Positions 48,375 to 55,766 of a stretch of 64,000 bases of DNA are shown piece after piece; the stretch's first letter is position 1, and each line of letters starts with the position of its first letter. The stretch is taken from NCBI GenBank assembly GCA_903821635.1, contig CAIJLV010000103.1, forward strand, positions 13,231-77,230. Reading direction: 5' to 3'. Under the pieces are notes generated by a model. That model saw only the letters and a program-made list of their open reading frames with translations, made no database searches and had not been told where the DNA came from. Made by a program: the position numbers and the translations under genes. Origin of the DNA: an uncultured Verrucomicrobiota bacterium. Its GTDB lineage: Bacteria; Verrucomicrobiota; Verrucomicrobiia; Limisphaerales; UBA9464.

Positions 48375-51267
48375 GGGATGAAGAGAAATTCGTTGGCGTT
48401 GAGCACGGCGCGGCAGAGGGCGGCCAAACCGTGGGTGCGGGTGAAGGCTACCGCTTCCTTTGCCTCGGCCCGGGCGGGCTTGCGGTTGAAGGCCAGTTGC
48501 CACGCGTGTTGCACCTGGGCCGCGGGATTGGGACCGGCTTCCCGCTGCAACCGGGCGGCCAAGATCTCCGCCTGTTGCAGCATGAAGCGGCTGTTAAACA
48601 GGTTGAGCGCCTGGAGTGGCGTGGTCGAAAGGTTGCGCCGGGGCATCACCAAGCTGCCGTCCGGACAGTCGAAGGCCCCGAAGATGCCGTCCTGCTCCAT
48701 TCGCACCTTGAAGGCGTAAACCATGCGGCGCGCTTCGGCGGGGCTGAACACTTCCTTCGGGTGATAGTGGTAAACGTTTTCCCGATCCACTTCGTGCAAG
48801 AAGAAGCTCGGTCCGCCCGGGGTGGAATCCAGATTGCCGCTAACCGTGAGGATGCTGTCGCGGATGGCCTCGGCCTCCAGGCGGCGCGGGGGAAAGCGCC
48901 ATAGCAAACGGCTGGCCGCATCCACCTTCAAGGCGTCAGGGCGGGGCGTGTTTGCCTGGCGCCACGTTGCGCTGGTCAAGATGAGGCGGTGGAGGTGTTT
49001 CAGGGACCACGGCTGCACGGGGCCGGGGCCGGGGTTCACCGTGGGCTCGACCAGTTCCCGGGCCAACCAATCGAGCAGTTCTGGATGGGTCGGCTTTGAC
49101 CCGTTGCGGCCAAAGTCGCTCGGCGTATCCACGAGCCCCACACCGAAATGATGCTGCCAGAGTCGGTTCACTATGACCCGGGCCGTCAGCGGATTTTCCG
49201 GACTGGCCAGCCAATCGGCCAACTGCGCCCGGCGGTCTGGCTCCGGCGTTTCCGGGGCCAGTTGGCGCGGTTGGAAGAGGCCCAACGTGCCGGGGGCCAC
49301 GCGTTCGCGTTTTTGCATCGGGTCACCGCGGTGCAACCGGTGCGTGGCGGCGGGTTGGGTAAAGGTGCCGGCGTAGAGCAGGGTTGGCTTGGCGACCGAA
49401 TCGCGCTCCTGACGCAAGCTCTGGAGTTCGGCCAAACGCTGGCGGCCCTCGGCGGCGTCCGTAGCGGAGAAGTGTTCGAAGTAATAGACGGGCTTCGGGG
49501 CGGGTTGGGGCGCGCCGGAGAAGGGTTTTCTGCCCGCGGAGCTGGCTACTTCCCGCCATTGGCCGGGTTCGGTCGCGACCTCGATCAGGTAATCCGTCGC
49601 CAAGCGGTCCTTGAAGCGGCCTTCGCGGTCCCGGCCCCAAGTCAGGCGCTCGACCCGCTCGGTTTGCGCCAACTCCAACTGCACCCAACCGCGGCCTGGC
49701 TCGCTCGAAATCCAAGAGTGGTCATTGCCCAAGCGGCCGTCATTCAGATGTTGCAGCCGATGGATTTCGTAGCCCGGCAGCGTGCCGGAGGCGGTGACTT
49801 TGGTGCCGGTGGTGGCCAGCGCGACGTTGTGGTCACCGGCCCAGACTTCCAGTTCGTCCAAGCCTGGCTCGCCCCCGGTGGTGGCGCGGATGGTGAACCG
49901 GACGAACTTCGCCGCCACCGGCGGAAAGCGGTCGTCGTTGCGCAAAAAATCGACGGCGGGCCGGGGCGCATTAGTGGCGGTGGGCGGCGGCAAGAGGAAG
50001 CGGGCCAACTGTGTTTCCCGCTCACGGATGCGGGCTTCGAGCGCTTGCAGGCGGGCCTGCTGGGGAGTCGGCAGCGGTTGGGCGCGTTCGCCGTGCTGCA
50101 CGCCGGCAAATAGCGCGGTCAGCGCGTAATACTCCCGGTGCGAGATGGGGTCGAACTTATGCGAGTGGCAGCGCGCGCACCCCAAGGTCAGGCCGAGGAA
50201 GGCCGTGCCGGTGGTGTTGACCATGTCGTCCAATTCATCGGCCCGTTGCTGCGCGGTCAGCACGGGGTCGGGGCTCTTCACGATGTCCACCGGTCCGCCC
50301 ACGAGGAACCCGGTGCCCACTGCCGCCCCGAGGGTGTCGCCGGCGATCTGCTCGCGGATGAACTGGTCGTAGGGTTTGTCGTCGTTGAAAGCGGCGATCA
50401 CATAGTCCCGGAAGCGCCACGCGTTCGGTCGTTCCCGGTTGGTCTCGAAGCCGTTGCTCTCGGCGAATCGGATCACGTCGAGCCAATGACGGCCCCAGCG
50501 TTCGCCGTAGCGCGGGTCGGCGAGGGCCCGCTCCACCAACCGCTCAAAGGCACCGGGTTTCCGGTCGCCGACAAACGTGGCCAACTCCGCCGGCGACGGC
50601 GGCAAGCCGAGCAGCACTAGGTAAAGTCGGCGGATGAGGGTCACCCGGTCCGCAGCGGGCGAGGCGCTGAGTTGGTGGGCCGCCAACTGCACGTGGATAA
50701 ACGCATCGATCGGATTTCTGGTCGCCGTCCGCTTCGCCCCGTCCACCGGCACCGGGGACGCTGCACCGGGCGAAACGACCAGTGCGTGGGGGGCGGATCC
50801 CCCGGCGGACGCGAAGCTTCCGGCCACCCTGCGCCCTGATCGATCCAAGCCCGCAACCGGCCGATTTCCGCGGCGGTGAGCGGCGCCCCCTTGGGTGGCA
50901 TCTGACGTTCGGGCACGAGGCCGGCGACGAAATGGATCAAGGGGCTCGCCGCACTGTCGCCCGGCCGGATCACCGGCGCATGTTCGTCACCCCCTTGGAG
51001 GGCGGCCTCCCGGCGGTCCAGTTGCAGGCCGCTCTTTTGTTGGGTGGGCCCGTGGCATTCCACACAGTGCTGGGCGAACAACGGCTGAATGTCTCGGACG
51101 AAGTCGATGGTCTGGTCGGCCGCTGCGGGCAACCGGGTAAGATCCACCGCGGCGCCCGCCGGCAGGGCCAACAAACTGAGGGCTGCCGCGGCAAGTTGCG
51201 CCCGCCAAGTGCGCCCAATGGGTGACCGGAGGCGACGGTCGTTCGCCTTACTCAATGCAGGAGTCAT
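48371..51267 (-). pseudogene. PSCyt1 (CxxCH) - DUF1549 - F5/8 type C (discoidin)-like - DUF1553 protein, interrupted by a 1-nt frame break
   Basis: The ORF 50641-51267 encodes a signal peptide, FAQHCVECHGP and ...THWSFRPVQRP. The family sequence then continues in the other frame as PVPVDGAKRTATRNPIDAFI... in ORF 48371-50848, whose track start is only a TTG artefact. The break maps to GGGG at 50754-50757. The total span is 2897 nt, one short of a multiple of three. Confidence 0.7.
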
Positions 51268-51269
51268 AG

Positions 51270-51289
51270 CCGCTTCGGTCGCGAAGCGG
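51270..51289 (-). promoter_or_regulatory. Stable hairpin ending 2 nt upstream of the PSCyt gene start codon
   Basis: Read on the minus strand it is CCGCTTCG-CGAC-CGAAGCGG-CT-ATG. The stem is 8 bp perfect with a 4-nt loop, and it covers the position where a ribosome-binding site would lie. Confidence 0.35.
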
Positions 51290-51786
51290 ATTCAACGTGC
51301 CACCGCCGCGGGGCCCTTGGGAAGACCAACCCGTGTCCGCCGCGATCCCCAGTTGGGGCCGTCCCGCCGGGCCCGGGCCGAAGCCGGTCGCGACTCAACG
51401 GCCTGACTTCATGGCGCGGTTGAAAGCGAACTGCGGCAACCCGGTGCTGGCGGTCATGGCGTCGGCGGGAAGTGGTAACCCCTGATCAGGCTGGCCGGCC
51501 CATCCGAAAGGGCGGGATTGCCTCGTCCGGGGCTTGCTCGGTTGGCTGTCCCACGGCTCACGCCGTGGGCTGCTATCTACCGCTGTTCCGCAGCTTTCAT
51601 CGGCCGCCCGCCACGAACTGGATTTCCTTGGGGCTACGCCTTCACGGCGCTGAAAATCTCCTCCCGTGGAACGGCTGAAATATCCATGGCGAGGCGGGCG
51701 CTGGGCTTACCAAACTGTTTCAGCAGGGGATTCGGTTCGAGTTGAGTTGGGGGTAACTCAATGCGGTTTAACCGCTTGGAATCAAT

Positions 51787-51871
51787 GGTGCGCCCGGCAG
51801 GACTTGAACCTGCACGATGTTACTCACTAGAACCTGAATCTAGCGCGTCTGCCAATTCCGCCACGAGCGCA
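51787..51871 (-). tRNA. tRNA-Leu (anticodon CAG)
   Basis: Manual cloverleaf on the minus strand. Acceptor GCGCTCG/CGGGCGC with one G-U pair, anticodon arm CTAGA-TTCAGGT-TCTAG, long variable arm, T arm GCAGG-TTCAAGT-CCTGC, and an encoded CCA. 85 nt. Confidence 0.9.
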
Positions 51872-51948
51872 CAAATCGTCAGGAGGAAGTAGGCGGCGCG
51901 CCCAATTCCGACAAGTCCTTTTTCCATGGACCGGGAGAAAGATGCGAG

Positions 51949-53076
51949 TCACCTCACCGCGGCGCTCGACCGATAGAGCGTGGCCAACTCCCGAAGCAGG
52001 ATCTCCAAGCGGGCTTCATATTCGATTTCAGTGAACTCGGCCTTGCGATCCCGGAGGCTCGCGACGTCGACTTCGAGGCGATCCCGGCGGGTGCGTTGTT
52101 CGGGTGTCAGCCGGGTTTCGGCGGCGCTCCGGACCAGGTGCCATTGGTGGGCGCGCAGGCCGTCCAAAGCGTGTTTTCCCTCGGCCTTCTGGGTGGCTCG
52201 GAGGCCCCGGAACCAATCCGCCGGCGTGCCGAATCCGTCCCCGTTGTCGTCGATCAGAGCGTGCTCCGAGGCCAGCCGACTCTGGGTGCGGTAGAAATCC
52301 AGCACGTTGGCCGAGGCATGGAGGAACGATTCCAGCAGCGAGGTCTGGCCATCTTGGTCCAAGTCGGCCACGGGGGAAGCGGCGGCCCGGGCAAGCTCCA
52401 GTCCGAACCGGGCAAAACTCGTCTCGTAGCCGCTCCGGGTGGCGGTGATGACGATGCGGTTTGGGCCCGCGAGCGGCTTGAGGAAGGGGCCGCTGGCCGA
52501 AGCGGTGTTGATGACTGCGACTGGGCGCGTGAATGGTTTCAGGATCGAAGCCAGTTCAGTCACCGTCAGGTCGGGGCCGCGCAGGTTGAAGCGGGCCTCC
52601 TTGCCGTCAAAAGTCCCGTGACCGATCAGCACGACCCAGAGTTCGGCCAAGCCCGCCTTGGGTTCGGCTTCGAGCTGCTGCTTCAGGTCATGCAGGTCGT
52701 TGGTGCCGCCGGGTGTCCGGCCCAGTTCAAGCTTGCGTGCGCCCGCGGTCTCGCTGGCTTGGCTCCAAAGCGAAGCCTGTTCGACGAACTGGGCGGCGAA
52801 CTCGGGATCCCCCGGGGCACCGAATACGAGCAGCACGGTGGGGACGGCGTTGGTGGTCGCGTGCAGCGGCCACGAACCGAGGGTCAACCACACCAGTAGT
52901 CCGATCAGCCAACCCAACGGAGCGCCGCCGGTTATGGCCGAGCGCTCACGGCACCTGGGTGCTGGCGAAAGGCGGAAGGTGGAACATGGAGCCGGGCGAG
53001 GCTTAAAACCGCCGCTGCCGTCGCCGTCAGGGGATGAACCCCTCGCCTGACAGCCGCCGTTTGGATTTCGCTTCAT
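51949..53076 (-). CDS. Membrane-anchored clan CD / peptidase C13 (legumain)-like protein with Ser at the expected catalytic Cys position
   Basis: One TM helix (LGWLIGLLVWLTLGSW). ELWVVLIGHGTFDG is a His-Gly block. VAVINTASASGPF...RIVITATRSGYETSF parallels bacterial C13 SACYSGGF...VITAA...R.SFG. The start at ATG 53076 lies 2 nt after the upstream stop. Confidence 0.5.
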   Translation of the reverse strand: MKRNPNGGCQARGSSPDGDGSGGFKPRPAPCSTFRLSPAPRCRERSAITGGAPLGWLIGLLVWLTLGSWPLHATTNAVPTVLLVFGAPGDPEFAAQFVEQASLWSQASETAGARKLELGRTPGGTNDLHDLKQQLEAEPKAGLAELWVVLIGHGTFDGKEARFNLRGPDLTVTELASILKPFTRPVAVINTASASGPFLKPLAGPNRIVITATRSGYETSFARFGLELARAAASPVADLDQDGQTSLLESFLHASANVLDFYRTQSRLASEHALIDDNGDGFGTPADWFRGLRATQKAEGKHALDGLRAHQWHLVRSAAETRLTPEQRTRRDRLEVDVASLRDRKAEFTEIEYEARLEILLRELATLYRSSAAVR

Positions 53077-53078
53077 GT

Positions 53079-55448
53079 TCACGGTAAACCCCTCCTTCGG
53101 CGCAGGCCCCATTCCGCTACGAAACAAAGCAGGGCGAACCCGAACCAAGCCGGATGGTGCCAGGCCGGCCGCGCCCAGGGCTCCATCACTGGGGCTAGTT
53201 TAGTCGGCAAACGGGCCACAAAGTCCTTTAACCGGTCGGCGGCAACGACTTCGCCGCCGGTCTTCTGGGCGAGGCGTTCGAGCAGCGCCACGTTGGGGGT
53301 GAGGGACCGGAATTCTTCCGCCGCGAGATCCGTGCTCCAACCCGCTTCAGCCCGGCCCACCGCGGCGCCGGTGGCATTCGTCACGTAGGCGGTCGCCTTG
53401 TAGCCGCCGGTGAGGCGCGGCACGTAGGTGAGTTGGTAAAGCCCGGCTTCGTTCAACGCCGGCTCGGCGGGTAGGCGGATGCGTTGGGTTGGCGCGGGGT
53501 CGGTCCCGAACACGATCGGCTCGATCTCGACCACGACGCTGGCGTTGTCGAGCGCTTGGAACTTCGCGTCGCGCACCCGGACCTGAAGTTGCCGTGCGTC
53601 TTGGCCGTCACCGACGACGGGTTCGACGGTCAGGTCCACCCGGTTTGGCACGTCGGCCACTAGCCAGCGGAGCAACTGTCGCCACGTCTGGTCCAGGTCC
53701 TGGCGTTTCTCGGCGTCCTGCATGCCCCAGCGCCAAAGGTCGCCGATGGTCAGCGCCGCACTGCGACCCCGGCCGAAGCGTTGCGTCACCAGCGCGGGCA
53801 ATTGGTGGCCCTGGTCGTCGGTGGCGGTGGCGATGACGCTCGCGCCCGGCTTGACGTCGCGCACGGGATTCACCACGCCGAACTGCGGCATGGCCGTGAC
53901 GCGAGCGCGTTCCTCGAGCTCGTTGTCGCGCACGCGGGCCCAAGGTTGCAGCCAGCCTTCGCGCGACAATTCAAACTTCACCGTATTGCCGGTGCGGGGC
54001 AGGGGCGCGCGGTCGAGGTAGACGGGCAGCACGTCGCCGATCGGGGTGCGCTCATACTTGCCCTGCGCAAACGACTCGGCGCCGCCCAGCATCAGGAAAC
54101 CGCCCCCGCGTTCCGACACAAACTTCTGGAGCAGCAACGCTTGGTCCGGCGCGAAAAAGTCCGCCTCCAAGTCGTCCACGATCACCGCGTGGTAGCTGTA
54201 GAGCTCCTCGGCTGTGCGCGGGAAACCACTGCGCAGTTCCACTTCGTCGCGCGTGTTCAGGCGCACGAGCACCGGTTGGTCGTAGCGTTCGACTTCTTCG
54301 CGGCCCTGTTCGCCGAAACCGCGAAACAGCGGATTGCTCGTTTCGCCGACCCGGCCGCGGAAGTCGAACTTCGGTTCGCGCTTCGCCACGCGGATCAAGC
54401 CGACCAGTTGAAGTTGGGGGTCTTCGGTAAGGGCGCGGTTCAAGAACTTGAATTCCCAGTTGGGCCGGCCGGCGACATAAAGAATCCGGTAGGCGTCGCG
54501 CCCGCGATCGACGGCGATCACCCGGCGGTTGTTGGCGAGCGTGGCTTCGGTGGAATTGGTGGTCACCCCGGACCGGAGTTCAGCCCGGGTGCCGACGCGG
54601 ACTTCGTAGAAGGACAGGCCCGGCTTTTCGGGTTTGAGCTGAAGCCGGAGCGTGGTCGGTTCGCTGTTCGGCCGAGCTGCCAAGCCCGTCTCCTGCACGA
54701 CCTGGCCGGTGCGGTCCACGATCTGCGCCAGCAGCGCCTCGCTGCCGAGTCCGCTCGCTGCAATCTGGGCCTGCACGGCGACCGGGGCGTCTTCAAAGGC
54801 GGATTGGTTGACGGCGACTTGGAGCAACGACACGTCGCGGGCCGGTCGTTGGTTGCCGATCACGACCGGATAGATTGGCGGCAGCCCGGCGAGGTCCGGC
54901 AGCCCCCCGCGCAGGTCGGTCGCATTGCCATCCGTGAGCAGCAGCACGCCGGCGAGCGGACGTCCCTTGAAGCGTTCGCCCAGCGTCTTCAGTGCCGCGC
55001 CAATGGCGGACGAACGGCCGGTGAAGTCGAGCTCTGCGAAGTCGCGGCTGCTCTGAACGCGCGCATCGAACAGGTAGCGGCGCACGTCGAAGTCCGTCGC
55101 GAGCGTCTCCTGCCAGTCGTCGGGCTTGGTGGCGAGCAACTCGCGCAGTTCCTCGCCACGCGTGCGCGTGGCGCCGGGATCACGAATTTGGAGTCCCTGG
55201 CTGTTGTCGGCGACGACGGCGAAGAGGTTCGCGCCGGAGCGGGCGCGTTGGCCGGTCCAGAGCGGCTCCAACAGGCAGAAGACGAGCGCCGCCAAGCCGG
55301 CGGTTTTCAGGAGCAGACAAACCCAGCGCAAACCGGGCGTGGGCGCTGTGCGGTAACTCCACCAGAGCAGCGCCAACGCTACGACCAAAGCACCGAGCAA
55401 CGGCACCAACCAGCCTAGGGCGGAAAAGGTGAGGATGGCGAAGATCAT
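53079..55448 (-). CDS. Multi-TM protein with degenerate VWA-like region and GATase1-like (DUF1355-type) domain
   Basis: N-terminal double TM (MIFAILTFSALGWLVPLLGALVVALALLWW; VCLLLKTAGLAALVFCLLEPLW). LLLTDGNATD. RILYVAGRPNWEFKFLNRAL...YHAVIVDDLEADFF...GGGFLMLGGAESF is the GATase1_like pattern. A C-terminal TM is also present. Confidence 0.65.
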   Translation of the reverse strand: MIFAILTFSALGWLVPLLGALVVALALLWWSYRTAPTPGLRWVCLLLKTAGLAALVFCLLEPLWTGQRARSGANLFAVVADNSQGLQIRDPGATRTRGEELRELLATKPDDWQETLATDFDVRRYLFDARVQSSRDFAELDFTGRSSAIGAALKTLGERFKGRPLAGVLLLTDGNATDLRGGLPDLAGLPPIYPVVIGNQRPARDVSLLQVAVNQSAFEDAPVAVQAQIAASGLGSEALLAQIVDRTGQVVQETGLAARPNSEPTTLRLQLKPEKPGLSFYEVRVGTRAELRSGVTTNSTEATLANNRRVIAVDRGRDAYRILYVAGRPNWEFKFLNRALTEDPQLQLVGLIRVAKREPKFDFRGRVGETSNPLFRGFGEQGREEVERYDQPVLVRLNTRDEVELRSGFPRTAEELYSYHAVIVDDLEADFFAPDQALLLQKFVSERGGGFLMLGGAESFAQGKYERTPIGDVLPVYLDRAPLPRTGNTVKFELSREGWLQPWARVRDNELEERARVTAMPQFGVVNPVRDVKPGASVIATATDDQGHQLPALVTQRFGRGRSAALTIGDLWRWGMQDAEKRQDLDQTWRQLLRWLVADVPNRVDLTVEPVVGDGQDARQLQVRVRDAKFQALDNASVVVEIEPIVFGTDPAPTQRIRLPAEPALNEAGLYQLTYVPRLTGGYKATAYVTNATGAAVGRAEAGWSTDLAAEEFRSLTPNVALLERLAQKTGGEVVAADRLKDFVARLPTKLAPVMEPWARPAWHHPAWFGFALLCFVAEWGLRRRRGLP

Positions 55449-55563
55449 GCTAGGTTAGGCCTTTCGGCAAAGTGAGCTAGCGCCAGTTGCAAACTGGACG
55501 CGCCGCCGAGATAAACGATCCGCTTGAACCATCGGGAGGTATACTTGGCAGAAATGCCGGGAT

Positions 55564-55700
55564 CCGCCCGCTGATGCGCTGAGACTCCACCAGCTGGACG
55601 GACGAGGACTGTTTGGGGTTTGGTCATGGCACGCGGGGCTGCATCGGAGTTCCCGGTTTTGGAATGACGCGGGGCGTGGTGAGGTTCCCAGCGGCGACCG
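55564..55700. repeat. Degenerate copy of the repeat core also found at 63195-63319 and 63843-63900
   Basis: ccgcccgctg-N27-gacgaggactgtttggggtt (55564-55620). At 63195-63251 the element reads ccgcccgctg-N27-gacgaagactgtttcgggtt, with identical spacing and 18/20 identity in the distal block. Similarity continues for about 80 nt further. Confidence 0.6.
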
Positions 55701-55766
55701 ACTGAGGCGGGTCAACGATTCCGCCCGCCCCATGCGTCGTGCGCTCCAGTGCTGGTTCGGATCCGC

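Noticed and set aside
50741-50770. Programmed -1 ribosomal frameshift as the explanation for the PSCyt/DUF1549 frame break.
   Set aside because: There is no X-XXY-YYZ slippery heptamer at the CCCC site, and I could see no obvious downstream pseudoknot or hairpin. A homopolymer indel, real or an assembly error, is the simpler explanation.
51430-51520. Possible SRP (4.5S), 6S or tmRNA gene in the long tRNA-Leu/PSCyt spacer, suggested by the segment ccctgatcaggctggccgg.
   Set aside because: The conserved GGAAGGAAGCAGC-type SRP core is absent, as is the tRNA-like 3-prime end of tmRNA. Nothing beyond generic GC-rich hairpins could be seen by eye.
51642-51790. Minus-strand reading frame ...NPLLKQFGKPSARLAMDISAVPREEIFSAVKA* next to tRNA-Leu, considered as an integrase or other gene remnant marking an island boundary.
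   Set aside because: There is no start codon, the frame runs into the tRNA itself, and there is no recognisable recombinase motif. It is too short to assign.
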